Source of the DNA: an uncultured Alphaproteobacteria bacterium
GTDB taxonomy: Bacteria > Pseudomonadota > Alphaproteobacteria > Acetobacterales > Acetobacteraceae
Assembly (NCBI GenBank): GCA_963832895.1
Contig: CAWHVQ010000004.1
Coordinates: 89,507-153,506 of the forward strand
Direction: 5' to 3'
DNA length: 64,000 bases
How positions within the stretch are numbered: position 1 is the stretch's first letter; every line of letters starts with the position of its first letter. This document shows, piece by piece, positions 29,604 to 38,977 of the stretch. Both the position numbers and the translations under genes were made by a program. The notes below the pieces were generated by a model. The model was not told where the DNA came from. It saw nothing but the letters and a program-made list of their open reading frames with translations, and did no database searches.

Positions 29604-31028
29604 ATGATCGGCGGGGCCCGTGTGAGGCTTCGGATCGGCGGCATTGTTGCTCTCATGGCAATCATGCTGTCCTGTCCAGCGACTTTCGCTGGCGCCGAGG
29701 ATTTTGGCGCCAACCGGTCCGACCTGATCCGCGGCCTGCTTCCAACGGTGGTCAACATCGCCGTTCGCAAGGAAGTGCCATCCGAAGCCCGTATGGCGAG
29801 CACCGCCGTGTCGGTTGACGCCGCGACCGACGTTTCGAAGTCGTATGTCGGCTCCGGCTTTATCATCGATCCCTCGGGACTGATCGTCACGAACTACCAT
29901 GTGGTCGAAGACGCGTATGAGATTTCAGTGACGCTGTCCGACGGCACGGTATTGCCCGGCAAGCTGCTGCACGCCTCACGAACCGCCGACCTGGCTGTCG
30001 TGCAGGTGCAGCCGGATCGCAAGCTGACGCCGGTCGAGTGGGGCGACAGCACCAAGGTGCGCGTGGGCGACCAGGTGTTTGCCATTGGCAATCCGCTGGG
30101 AATTGGCACGTCGGTCTCCGGCGGCATCGTCAGCGGGCTCAATCGCAATGTCGCGGATTCACCGTACGACGACTACATACAGACCGACGCCGCGATCAAT
30201 CACGGCAACTCCGGCGGCCCTCTGTTCGACATGGAAGGCCGAGTTATCGGCATGAACACCGCCTTGGTCTCACCGACCGACGCCTCCGCCGGTCTCGGCC
30301 TCGCCATTCCGTCCGACAGCGCACAATTCGTCGTCGGCCGACTGATGAAATATGGCTGGGTCCGCCCGGGATGGATGGGCGTGAAGGTGCAGCAGGTCAC
30401 GCGGGAGTTGGCGGCGGCGATGGGAACCAAGCCCGAAGGCTCGGTCGTCGCATGGGTTATGCCCGCCAGCCCCGCCCACGAGGCAGGCATCGAGATAGGC
30501 GATGTGATCCTGAAATACGGCGACGCCACGCCTGGCGACGAGCGCGCCCTGCTGCGCGACATCGTCAGGACGCCGGTCGGTGAGACGGTGCCGGTGGTCG
30601 TGCAGCGTGGCAGCGCCGAGCGCACCCTGCCCGTGACGATCGCCTCCTGGCCGCGCAGCCAATGGCAGGAACGCGACGCGCCGATGACGGCGCAACGACC
30701 GAAGCTCACCATCCCGCCTGATCTCGGGCTGTCACTTTCCGCTATTCAGACGAACCAGCGCGCCAAGTTGGGTCTGGAGGACGGTTTGACTGGCGTACTG
30801 GTGAATGGCGTGCTGCCGGGCTCGGACGCCGCGCACCGCGGTGTTGGCGCAGGCGACGTTATACTCCGCGTGCAGGACAAGCCGATGGCGCAGCCGGGCG
30901 ACGTGCAGCACGCGATCGGTGCAGCGCGCGGCGAAAACCGCCCGTTCGTGATGATGCTGATCCTGCCCAAGGTCCGCAAAATGCCTGGCCCGGAATGGGT
31001 CGCCTTGCGGCTGGAGGCTGAGGGATAG
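29604..31028 (+). CDS. periplasmic trypsin-like serine protease with two PDZ domains (DegP/HtrA family)
   Basis: Signal peptide. Catalytic triad contexts TNYHVV, DLAVVQV and GNSGGPLFD. Two PDZ-like segments. Confidence 0.85.
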   Translation: MIGGARVRLRIGGIVALMAIMLSCPATFAGAEDFGANRSDLIRGLLPTVVNIAVRKEVPSEARMASTAVSVDAATDVSKSYVGSGFIIDPSGLIVTNYHVVEDAYEISVTLSDGTVLPGKLLHASRTADLAVVQVQPDRKLTPVEWGDSTKVRVGDQVFAIGNPLGIGTSVSGGIVSGLNRNVADSPYDDYIQTDAAINHGNSGGPLFDMEGRVIGMNTALVSPTDASAGLGLAIPSDSAQFVVGRLMKYGWVRPGWMGVKVQQVTRELAAAMGTKPEGSVVAWVMPASPAHEAGIEIGDVILKYGDATPGDERALLRDIVRTPVGETVPVVVQRGSAERTLPVTIASWPRSQWQERDAPMTAQRPKLTIPPDLGLSLSAIQTNQRAKLGLEDGLTGVLVNGVLPGSDAAHRGVGAGDVILRVQDKPMAQPGDVQHAIGAARGENRPFVMMLILPKVRKMPGPEWVALRLEAEG

Positions 31029-31035
31029 CGCCGCA

Positions 31036-32026
31036 TTGGCTGCCGGTCCGCATCGACACCTGGCGGCAAAGCAGCGCTGGCACCCGATCGAGGTCGCGTT
31101 TTGGCTGGCGACCTTGCTGCCCTTCGTGCTGGTACCCACCTACCTCACGTTGGCAAGCCAGATCGCGATCACCGCGATCTTTGCAGTCTCGCTCGATCTC
31201 ATCATGGGCTATGCCGGGCTGGTCTCGCTCGGTCACGCGGCGTATTTCGGTCTCGGCGCCTACACCGCGGGGCTGATCGCCAAGGCCGGCTGGGGAGAAC
31301 CGTTCTCCGGCTTGGTGCTCGCGGGGCTAGCGGCCGGCTTGTTCGGCTATCTCACCGGCTTCCTGGTGGTGCGCGTCCGCCACCTTGCGCTGATCATGAT
31401 CACACTCGGCATCGGCCTGCTGCTCTACGAGGTGGCGAACCGCGAGGACTGGCTCACCGGCGGCAATGACGGCCTGCAGGGCGTGACGATGTGGCCGCTG
31501 TTCGGACGGTTCGACTTCGATCTCTACGGCTACACCGCCTACGCCTACGCGCTGGCAATTCTGCTGCTGGTCGTGCTGGCGGCGCGACGCCTGGTGCACT
31601 CGCCGTTCGGACTGTCCCTGCGCGCCATCCGCGAGAACGAGCGCCGCATGCCGGCAATCGGCGCGCCGAGCCGCGCCCGGCTGCACGCTATCTATACAAT
31701 CGCCGCTACGGTCGCCGGTCTCGCCGGAGGGCTGCTTGCCCAGACCACGCAGTTCGTCTCGCTCGGGGCGCTCAGTTTCGAGCGGTCTGCGGAACTGGTC
31801 ACCATCCTGGTGATTGGCGGGACAGGACGTCTCTATGGCGGCGTCATCGGCGCCATTGTCTACCTGGTGGCGCGCGACCGGCTCTCCGGCATGAACCCGC
31901 AGTACCTGGTATTTCTGGATCGGGCTGATGCTGATCGGCGTGGTGCTGTTCCTGCCGAACGGCGTCCTGGGCGGACTCGCCAAGGCCACGGCGAAATTTG
32001 TGCCTTCCGCAACCCCCGCCTCATGA
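31036..32026 (+). pseudogene. livM: branched-chain amino-acid ABC permease (LivM-type), +1 frameshift at GTAC 31902-31905 that fuses it to livG in the ORF track
   Basis: Deleting C31906 from CAGTACCTGG restores ...NPQY|WYFWIGLMLIGVVLFLPNGVLGGLAKATAKFVPSATPAS-stop (TGA 32024-32026). That stop overlaps the livG ATG in an ATGA arrangement. Confidence 0.85.
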
Positions 32027-32778
32027 CCGTCCCGGCGCTGCGCACCACCGGCCTGCACAAGAGCTTCGGCTCACTCGTGGTGGCGCAGGACGTCGCGATA
32101 TCTCTGCCGCAAGGCGCCCGCTACGCGCTGATCGGCCCGAACGGCGCCGGGAAGACCACGCTGATCAATCTGATCACCGGAACGCTGCGGCCGGACTCCG
32201 GGCAGATCATCCTCGGCGAGGAGGAGATCACCGCGCTCGAACCACATCGCCGCGTCAAGCGAGGCCTGACGCGCACCTTCCAGATCAACACGCTGTTTCC
32301 TGATCTGGAGCCGCTCGAGGCGGTGGCTCTGGCAATCTGCGAACGCCACGGCGTCGCCGGCATCTGGTGGCGACGCCTCACGGCATACCACGAGGCGGTG
32401 GACGAGGCTTACGAGATCCTGGCATCGCTCAGGCTCGGCCATGTCTGCTATCGCACGACGCGCGAGCTTGCCTACGGCCAGCAACGGCTGCTGGAGATCG
32501 CGCTGGCGCTGGCGACGAAACCGAAGGTGCTGCTGCTCGACGAACCGGCAGCCGGCGTGCCGCGCCAGGAAGGCGGCGAACTGTTCGAGGCGATCGCCAA
32601 CCTGTCGTCCGACATCACGGTGCTGTTCATCGAGCACGACATGGAGGTGGTGTTCCGGTTCGCCAGCCGGGTCATCGTCATGGTGGGCGGACGACTTCTC
32701 CTTGAGGGCACGCCCGCGGAGATCGCCGCTGACCCGCGTGTGCGCGAGGTCTATCTCGGTCGCTCGCGTCATGCCTGA
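32023..32778 (+). CDS. livG: ABC transporter ATP-binding protein (LivG-type)
   Basis: MTVPALRTTGLHKSFG..., Walker A GPNGAGKTT, signature-like YGQQRLLEIA, and Walker B LLLDEP. Confidence 0.9.
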   Translation: MTVPALRTTGLHKSFGSLVVAQDVAISLPQGARYALIGPNGAGKTTLINLITGTLRPDSGQIILGEEEITALEPHRRVKRGLTRTFQINTLFPDLEPLEAVALAICERHGVAGIWWRRLTAYHEAVDEAYEILASLRLGHVCYRTTRELAYGQQRLLEIALALATKPKVLLLDEPAAGVPRQEGGELFEAIANLSSDITVLFIEHDMEVVFRFASRVIVMVGGRLLLEGTPAEIAADPRVREVYLGRSRHA

Positions 32779-33487
32779 GACGCTGCTGGCGCTCGACGCC
32801 GTGCGTGCCGGCTATGGTGAGTCGGTTGTGATCGACGGCGTCTCGCTCGAACTGGCGGAGGGCGGCAGTCTCGCGGTGCTCGGCCGCAACGGTGTCGGCA
32901 AGACGACGCTTCTGCTCACCATCATGGGCTTCACCCGCGTCGCGTCCGGCCGCATGCGCTGGCGTGGTCGCGACATCGCCCGGATCGCGCCGCATCGCCG
33001 GGCACGCCTGGGCATCGGCTGGGTCGCGCAGGAACGTGAGATATTTCCCTCCCTGACGGTCGAGGAAAACCTGACCGTCGCCGCGCGTCCCGGCCGATGG
33101 GATGTCTCGGCCGTATATCAACTGTTCCCGCGCCTGGCGGAGCGGCGGCGCCACATGGGAAGCCATCTGTCCGGCGGCGAGCAGCAGATGCTGGCCATCG
33201 CCCGCGCGCTGATGACCAATCCCGCACTGCTGCTGCTCGACGAGCCGCTGGAGGGACTGGCGCCGGTCATCGTCGATGAACTGGCCGAGGCCATCGGTCG
33301 CATGATGGCGGAGGAAGGCACTGCGATCATTTTGGTCGAACAGCACACGGAGGTCGCCTTGTCGCTGGCGCGCGAGGCCGTGGTGATCGAGCGTGGCACC
33401 ATCGCGCTGCGTGCGCCTACACGGTCGCTCCTGGCGGATCGGGCAAGCCTGGACCGGCTGATCGCTCCAATGCTTCCGGAGAGTTAG
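32771..33487 (+). CDS. livF: ABC transporter ATP-binding protein (LivF-type)
   Basis: Walker A GRNGVGKTT, LSGGEQQMLAIARAL and LLLLDEP. The start overlaps the livG end by 8 nt. Confidence 0.9.
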   Translation: MPETLLALDAVRAGYGESVVIDGVSLELAEGGSLAVLGRNGVGKTTLLLTIMGFTRVASGRMRWRGRDIARIAPHRRARLGIGWVAQEREIFPSLTVEENLTVAARPGRWDVSAVYQLFPRLAERRRHMGSHLSGGEQQMLAIARALMTNPALLLLDEPLEGLAPVIVDELAEAIGRMMAEEGTAIILVEQHTEVALSLAREAVVIERGTIALRAPTRSLLADRASLDRLIAPMLPES

Positions 33488-33599
33488 CAGCCTCCTGGGC
33501 GGAGCGGGGACGGCCGGGCGACCACACAACCGGGTCCAAGGTATGGGTGCCGGGTGCCGGGTGCAGTCGTGCGGCGAACAGGCGCCAATCGCCGTTGGA

Positions 33600-33761
33600 T
33601 CATCGTGGCGTGGCAGCCACGTGGGAAGCGCGGCCCCTGCCGGGCTTTGCCAATCCTGGTCCGCGGCCAAGGCGCACGAAAACGATCCAGAGACCGCCTG
33701 TCACCATACCGAGGCAAAACCAGGCGCCGATAATCTGAAAAATCCACTGCCACCAGTACAT
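33600..33761 (-). CDS. possible small membrane protein (not in ORF track, <60 aa)
   Basis: ATG preceded by AGGTGA-N9. MYWWQWIFQIIGAWFCLGMVTGGLWIVFVRLGRG... is hydrophobic for 30 aa and has a basic tail. No homology is claimed. Confidence 0.25.
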   Translation of the reverse strand: MYWWQWIFQIIGAWFCLGMVTGGLWIVFVRLGRGPGLAKPGRGRASHVAATPR

Positions 33762-33926
33762 GGCAACGCTCACCTGCTCTATCTCGACAGGAGGAACCTA
33801 GTCTCCAATTCGTGTCTATGATGTTGCCCACTTCATACATCGAATACATTCCGGAGGCGTTACCCGCACGGGTAATCACTGCCTCGCGTTCTCCTGAACG
33901 GAGTTCCTGCTCCTTTCGGATAAAAC

Positions 33927-33944
33927 GGCCCGGCGCGCCGGCCC
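33927..33944 (-). terminator. orphan GC-rich hairpin with T-run on the minus strand
   Basis: The minus strand reads GGGCCGGCGCGCCGGGCC followed by GTTTTATCC. No minus-strand gene lies upstream of it, because the next genes to the right are on the plus strand. Confidence 0.3.
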
Positions 33945-34027
33945 AATAAAATGGGATCCGACTTATCCATTAGTTAATCTTTCACCTTTCTCATCCCTTG
34001 TCGCGCGACCCGCGTGGAGAGTGCGAC

Positions 34028-34486
34028 GTGGATGATGTTCACCTCTGGCTGCAGGACCAGCCGCTTCTGCGGTCGCTTGCTCCACAGCATGTCGCGTGCG
34101 TTCGACAAATCACTCGAAGCGCGCAATTCGCGGCCGACGAGTTCGTGTTCCACGCCGCCGAACCGGCAGACCAATTCTATCTGCTGCGCGACGGTCTCGT
34201 CGCACTGCAGATGCAGCCGCGCGACGGACCGATCACGCTCGCCACGATCGGGGCCGGTGAGTTTCTCGGTGTATCATGGCTGCTTACGCCCCGTACCTGG
34301 ACATGGGACGCCCGCGCGCTTCAGGCAGTCAGCGCGCTGGCGATCGACGTGGGACAATTGATCGCGCTCTGCGAGCAGGAGCATTCCCTGGGGTATCGCT
34401 TCATGAAGCAGGTCGGCTCCGTCCTGGAGTGGCGCTTTCTGAACACTGCGCTTCAGGCGGCCGATCTGTATGCGGACTGGTCCTGA
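34028..34486 (+). CDS. stand-alone cyclic-nucleotide-binding-domain protein
   Basis: GTG start 6 nt after GGAGAG. ...FAADEFVFHAAEPADQFYLLRDGLVALQMQ...IGAGEFLGVSWL... is a cNMP-binding beta-barrel with no attached output domain. 152 aa. Confidence 0.75.
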   Translation: MDDVHLWLQDQPLLRSLAPQHVACVRQITRSAQFAADEFVFHAAEPADQFYLLRDGLVALQMQPRDGPITLATIGAGEFLGVSWLLTPRTWTWDARALQAVSALAIDVGQLIALCEQEHSLGYRFMKQVGSVLEWRFLNTALQAADLYADWS

Positions 34487-34558
34487 GTGACTCACCGCGC
34501 TCCTCCTCGTCATGACGGAGTGTCTCGCTCATTGGGCAGTTGGTATGGGGGGTGATCG

Positions 34559-35092
34559 ATGAAGCACGCGCCAGCTCCGGATTCACCGGTCAGCCAGGAC
34601 TTCATCGACAGAGTTCTGGCGAGGCAGGCCGGGCGTCCGGGCGCGCTCCTGGCGATCCTGCAGCAGGTCCAGAACAATCACCCTCGAAAGTATCTGCCGC
34701 TCGAGACGCTGCACTACATCGCAACCAGAACAGCGGTTCCCCTCTCGAGGATTTACAGCGTCGCGACGTTCTTCGCGTTGTTCAACCTCCAACCGCAGGG
34801 CCGCGACACGGTATCGGTCTGCCGCGGCACCGCATGCCACACCAGGGGTTCGCGCGATCTGTTCGAGAACCTGCTTATGAAGTTCGGGTTCCAGTCCTCG
34901 TCGGACGGCGAGACGGAGCAGTTGTCGCTCACCACTCCCGACGGCGGCACGACACTGCGAACCGTGGCCTGCTTCGGTCAGTGCGCGCTCGCTCCAGTCA
35001 TCGAAATCAACCACGCGATCTTCGGCCACATGAATGAAACCACGTTGCAGCGGGAACTGAAAGCGCTCGATCAACGGGGAGCTTCGACATGA
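34559..35092 (+). CDS. hoxE: [NiFe] hydrogenase diaphorase subunit HoxE (NuoE-like, 2Fe-2S)
   Basis: ...LLAILQQVQ...RIYSVATFFALFNLQPQGRDTVSVCRGTACH...VACFGQCALAPV is the NuoE/HoxE Cys pattern. The stop overlaps the hoxF ATG (ATGA). Confidence 0.85.
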   Translation: MKHAPAPDSPVSQDFIDRVLARQAGRPGALLAILQQVQNNHPRKYLPLETLHYIATRTAVPLSRIYSVATFFALFNLQPQGRDTVSVCRGTACHTRGSRDLFENLLMKFGFQSSSDGETEQLSLTTPDGGTTLRTVACFGQCALAPVIEINHAIFGHMNETTLQRELKALDQRGAST

Positions 35093-38000
35093 CGCCGATC
35101 CGCGACGCAAGCGCTTTCAACGCGGTTCGCGATGCCGGGCTGGCCAAGCTGCTGCCGTCGCGGCCACGCATCGCCGTCGGCATGGGCACGTGCGGAACCG
35201 GCAACGGATCGGAGAGTGTCTACCATGCCTTCGCCGATGCCATCGGTAAGCGCGGGCTAGACGTGCAGCTTGTGCAGACCGGGTGCTTTGGTTTCTGCGC
35301 CGAGGAGCCGCTGGTCAACGTGTGGAATCCCGGCGAGCCGCTCATAATGCTGCACCGCGTCAGGCCCGATCACGTCAGCCAGATTCTCGATTGCCTGACT
35401 GGCAATGCATTTCCCCAGGCACTGGTCCTGTGCAAGATCGAGCAGTGGGACCACGTCACGGCGCAGCTCGACTACGGCAGCGGGTTGCCGGATATCCCGG
35501 CCTGGAACGCGGTGCCGTTCTTCTCCGGACAGAAGAAGATTGTCCTGCGCAACTGTGGCCTCATCGATCCCTCCGACATCGAGGAATACATCGGGATTGG
35601 CGGCTATCAATCACTGCACAAGGTGTTGCACGATAACGCGCCCGAGGCGGTGAACGCACAGATCAAGCTGGCCAAACTCCGCGGCCGTGGCGGTGCAGGT
35701 TTCTCGACCGGCGTGAAATTCGAATATCTGCGCAGAGCGACCGGCGAGCGCAAATATCTCGTATGCAACGCCGACGAAGGTGATCCCGGCGCCTACATGA
35801 ATCGCAACGAGCTTGAGAGCGATCCACACTCGCTGCTCGAGGGCATGGCGATCGGCGGCTACGTCACCGGCGCCACGCAGGGCATCATCTATGTCCGCGC
35901 GGAGTACCCGCTGGCAGTGCACCGGCTTGCTGTCGCCATCGAGCAGGCGCGGACCTATGGCCTGCTGGGAGCGAACATCCTGGGTTGCGGCTTCAACTTC
36001 GACATCGAGCTGGTCGAAGGAGCCGGCGCTTTCGTCTGCGGTGAAGAGACGGCGCTGATCAGCTCGCTCGAGGGGATGTCGGGCCGCTCGCGGCCGCGCC
36101 CGCCGTATCCCGCCCAGAAGGGCCTGTGGGGGCATCCGACAAACATCAACAACGTCGAGACCTGGTTCAACATCCCGCCCATCGTCGCAAAGGGGCCGGA
36201 GTGGTTCACCTCGATCGGCAGCGTTGCCAGCCCCGGCACCAAGGTGTTCTCGCTGGTGGGCAAGATCCGGAATACCGGCCTTGTCGAGATGCCTCTCGGC
36301 ACCCCGCTCAGCAAGTTCGTCTATGACGCGGGCGGCGGCACCATGCCCGGCCATAGCGTGAAGGCGGTGCAGACGGGCGGCCCGTCCGGCGGCTGCATAC
36401 CTCACGACATGCTCGACACGCCCGTCGATTTCGAATCACTCGGCAAGCTGGGCTCCATCATGGGTTCCGGCGGCATGGTGGTGATGGACGACGACAACTG
36501 CATGGTCGACGTCGCGCGCTATTTCGTCGAGTTCACCCGCTCCGAATCATGCGGCAAATGCACGCCGTGCCGCGTCGGGTTGGACAAGGCCCTGCGGACC
36601 CTTACGCGCATTACCAAGGGACAAGGGCGCGAGGAGGATCTGGCCGAACTCGACACGCTGGGCCGGATGATCCGCGATACGTCGCTCTGCGGTCTCGGCC
36701 AGTCAGCGCCGAATTCGGTGCTCACCGCGCTGCGTCACTTCCGCCACGAGTTCGAGGACCACATCCGCGCCAAGCGCTGCCGCGCCGGCGTCTGCCAGGA
36801 ACTCGCTGTGGCACCGTGCGAGAACAGTTGCCCGATCCACATGAACATTCCGCGCTTCCTGCAGCTCTACAAGGAGAACCGTCTGGAGGACGCTTTCGAG
36901 GCGGTCATCTTCGACAATCCGCTCCCCGCCACCACCGGTCGCGTCTGCCAGCATCCCTGCGAACATCGCTGCCGCCGTCAGACGGTGGACGAGCCGATCA
37001 ACATGCGCGAGGTCCACCGCGTCATCGCCGATACCATCCTGCTGTCGGACAGGTTTGACGCGATGGTGGACCGTATCGTCGCCAGACGTCACCCCTCGAC
37101 CGGAAAGAAGGTCGCCATCGTCGGCGCCGGGCCGGCCGGACTGACGACCGCCTTCTACCTCGCCTTGCTGGGGCACGAGGTCGTGGTCTTCAACTCGCAC
37201 GCCGAACCTGGCGGCATGTTGCGCTTTGCTCTGCCGGCATACCGGCTGCCGCGCGAAGTGCTGGACCGCGAAATCGAAATCATCCGTCGCCTCGGGGTGA
37301 ACTTCGTGCTGAACTCCAGCATCGGTTCCGACATCTCGTTGAGCGACCTGGAGGCGAAATCCGACGCGGTCTTCCTGTCTCTCGGAACCTGGCAGGAAAC
37401 CGATGTGCGCGTGCCCGGCAACGAGCTCACCGGCGTCTTCGGCGCGCTGCACTTCCTGGAGGCCGAGGCCCGCGGCGAGGCGGTGCAACTTGGTCAGCGC
37501 GTGGTCATCATCGGCGGCGGCAACGCTGCCATCGATTGCGCCCGCACGGTGATCCGCATGGGCGCGTCGGCGACCGTTATTTACCGGCGCGAGCGCAAGG
37601 ACATGCCGGCAATTTCCGAGGAGGTCGAGGCCGCCGAGGACGAAGGTGTGCGCATCATCTTCCTCGCCTCGCCGCACCGCATCGTGGGTGAAGCGGGCGC
37701 GGTCAAGTCGATCGAGGTGACCAAGACGCTGCTCGGCGCGTTCGACACATCCGGACGGCGACGCCCCATCGACACCGGCGAGGTGCTCAACGTCAGCTGC
37801 GACAGCGTCATCCTGGCGGTCGGCGAAAGCGTCGACCGGGACTTCTGCCGCGGGACCGGCCTCGAGGTCACCCGCAACGGCATGCTCGAGGTCGACCGCT
37901 ACGCACCGACGACCAGCCGCGAAAGCATCTTCGCCGGTGGCGACTTCGTCACCGGCGCATCCAACGTCACGACCGCCATGGGCTGGGGCAAGGATGCCGC

Positions 38001-38256
38001 CAGGAACATCGACCGTCATCTCATGGGCACGTCCCGCTACGACACTGTCATGCCGGGCTTCCAGTACGACCAGGCGCAGCCGCAGCCCAGCCCCTGCGGA
38101 CGCCACCACGCGCATTTCCTCCCCGCCGCCGCCCGCGCCAAAACCTTCGATGAGGCCGTGTCGGCGCTGCGGGCGGACGAGGCCCACGAGGAGTCCAGCC
38201 GCTGTCTGCGCTGTGACATCCGAGAAATGACGGCGCTTGCCGTCTCCCGTCGTTAA
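35089..38256 (+). CDS. hoxF: HoxF-type diaphorase (Trx-like 2Fe-2S + NuoF FMN/NADH/4Fe-4S core) fused to a GltD/NfnB-like FAD/NAD(P)H oxidoreductase module
   Basis: NuoF motifs are RGRGGAGFSTGVKF, CNADEGDPGAYMNR and SESCGKCTPCRVG. From about aa 564 (nt ~36775) come the GltD-type clusters CRAGVCQELAVAPCENSCP and GRVCQHPCEHRCRR, a FAD fold VAIVGAGPAGLTTAFYL...EPGGML, and an NAD(P)H fold VVIIGGGNAAIDCART. It is a single uninterrupted 1055-codon frame. Confidence 0.85.
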   Translation: MTPIRDASAFNAVRDAGLAKLLPSRPRIAVGMGTCGTGNGSESVYHAFADAIGKRGLDVQLVQTGCFGFCAEEPLVNVWNPGEPLIMLHRVRPDHVSQILDCLTGNAFPQALVLCKIEQWDHVTAQLDYGSGLPDIPAWNAVPFFSGQKKIVLRNCGLIDPSDIEEYIGIGGYQSLHKVLHDNAPEAVNAQIKLAKLRGRGGAGFSTGVKFEYLRRATGERKYLVCNADEGDPGAYMNRNELESDPHSLLEGMAIGGYVTGATQGIIYVRAEYPLAVHRLAVAIEQARTYGLLGANILGCGFNFDIELVEGAGAFVCGEETALISSLEGMSGRSRPRPPYPAQKGLWGHPTNINNVETWFNIPPIVAKGPEWFTSIGSVASPGTKVFSLVGKIRNTGLVEMPLGTPLSKFVYDAGGGTMPGHSVKAVQTGGPSGGCIPHDMLDTPVDFESLGKLGSIMGSGGMVVMDDDNCMVDVARYFVEFTRSESCGKCTPCRVGLDKALRTLTRITKGQGREEDLAELDTLGRMIRDTSLCGLGQSAPNSVLTALRHFRHEFEDHIRAKRCRAGVCQELAVAPCENSCPIHMNIPRFLQLYKENRLEDAFEAVIFDNPLPATTGRVCQHPCEHRCRRQTVDEPINMREVHRVIADTILLSDRFDAMVDRIVARRHPSTGKKVAIVGAGPAGLTTAFYLALLGHEVVVFNSHAEPGGMLRFALPAYRLPREVLDREIEIIRRLGVNFVLNSSIGSDISLSDLEAKSDAVFLSLGTWQETDVRVPGNELTGVFGALHFLEAEARGEAVQLGQRVVIIGGGNAAIDCARTVIRMGASATVIYRRERKDMPAISEEVEAAEDEGVRIIFLASPHRIVGEAGAVKSIEVTKTLLGAFDTSGRRRPIDTGEVLNVSCDSVILAVGESVDRDFCRGTGLEVTRNGMLEVDRYAPTTSRESIFAGGDFVTGASNVTTAMGWGKDAARNIDRHLMGTSRYDTVMPGFQYDQAQPQPSPCGRHHAHFLPAAARAKTFDEAVSALRADEAHEESSRCLRCDIREMTALAVSRR

Positions 38257-38275
38257 GGAGCCATTCGTGCCTCAG

Positions 38276-38977
38276 CAGGTCTCAATCCGCATCGACAGCC
38301 AGCTCTGTACCGCCACCGAGGGACAGAACATCTTCCAGGTGGCGCATGACAACGGCAAATACATCCCGTCGCTATGTCATCTGGAAGGCCTCAGTTCGCC
38401 TGGGTCCTGCCGTTTGTGCCTAGTGGAGATCGCGGGCGTCGGCCGGCTGCTGCCCGCCTGCACGACACCGGTGCAGAACGGCATGTCGGTCAGCACCACC
38501 TCCGACAGCCTCGCGCACAATCGGCTGATGGCACTCGAGCTGCTGTTCATCGAGCGCAATCACATCTGCGCCGTGTGTGTCTCGAACGGCCACTGCGAAT
38601 TGCAGTCTCTGGCGCAGACCCTTGGGCTCACCCATGTCAACCTGCCGTACAATTTCCCGCGTCTGCCGGTCGACGTCTCGCATCCTCGCTGGGTGCTCGA
38701 CCACAATCGCTGCATCCTCTGCTCACGCTGCGTGCGCGTCTGCGACGAGATCGAGGGCGCGCATGTGTGGGACATCGCCGCGCGCGGAATCAATTCGATG
38801 CTCGTCGCCGAGCTTAACCTGCCATGGGGCGAGGCGCCTTCCTGCACCAACTGCGGCAAATGTGTACAGGTCTGTCCGACCGGCGCGCTGGTGGAGAAAG
38901 GCCTTGCCGTTGAAGAGATGACCAAGCGCAACAGTGTCATCACGGAACTCGCCGCGAAGCGAAGTGCCGGTTCATGA
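38276..38977 (+). CDS. hoxU: diaphorase Fe-S subunit HoxU (NuoG N-terminal-like)
   Basis: GTG start 6 nt after AAGGAG. 2Fe-2S motif CHLEGLSSPGSCRLCLVEI. 4Fe-4S motifs CILCSRCVRVCDE and CTNCGKCVQVCPTGA. Confidence 0.85.
   Translation, partial: QVSIRIDSQLCTATEGQNIFQVAHDNGKYIPSLCHLEGLSSPGSCRLCLVEIAGVGRLLPACTTPVQNGMSVSTTSDSLAHNRLMALELLFIERNHICAVCVSNGHCELQSLAQTLGLTHVNLPYNFPRLPVDVSHPRWVLDHNRCILCSRCVRVCDEIEGAHVWDIAARGINSMLVAELNLPWGEAPSCTNCGKCVQVCPTGALVEKGLAVEEMTKRNSVITELAAKRSAGS

Noticed and set aside
33998-34027. TTG at 33998 (the track start) as the start of the cNMP-binding protein.
   Set aside because: It has no SD. The GTG at 34028 is preceded by GGAGAG at optimal spacing, and the conserved domain begins after it.
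35089-38256. Possibility that the HoxF-GltD fusion is another frameshift or assembly artefact like livM-livG.
   Set aside because: There is no frame change. The junction (...EDHIRAKRCRAGVCQELAVAPCENSCPIHMNIPRF...) reads as a natural continuation of the HoxF C-terminal CxxGxC segment into the GltD cluster region, with no junk sequence. No GTAC lies at the junction. It is kept as a real fusion, but flagged for read-level confirmation.
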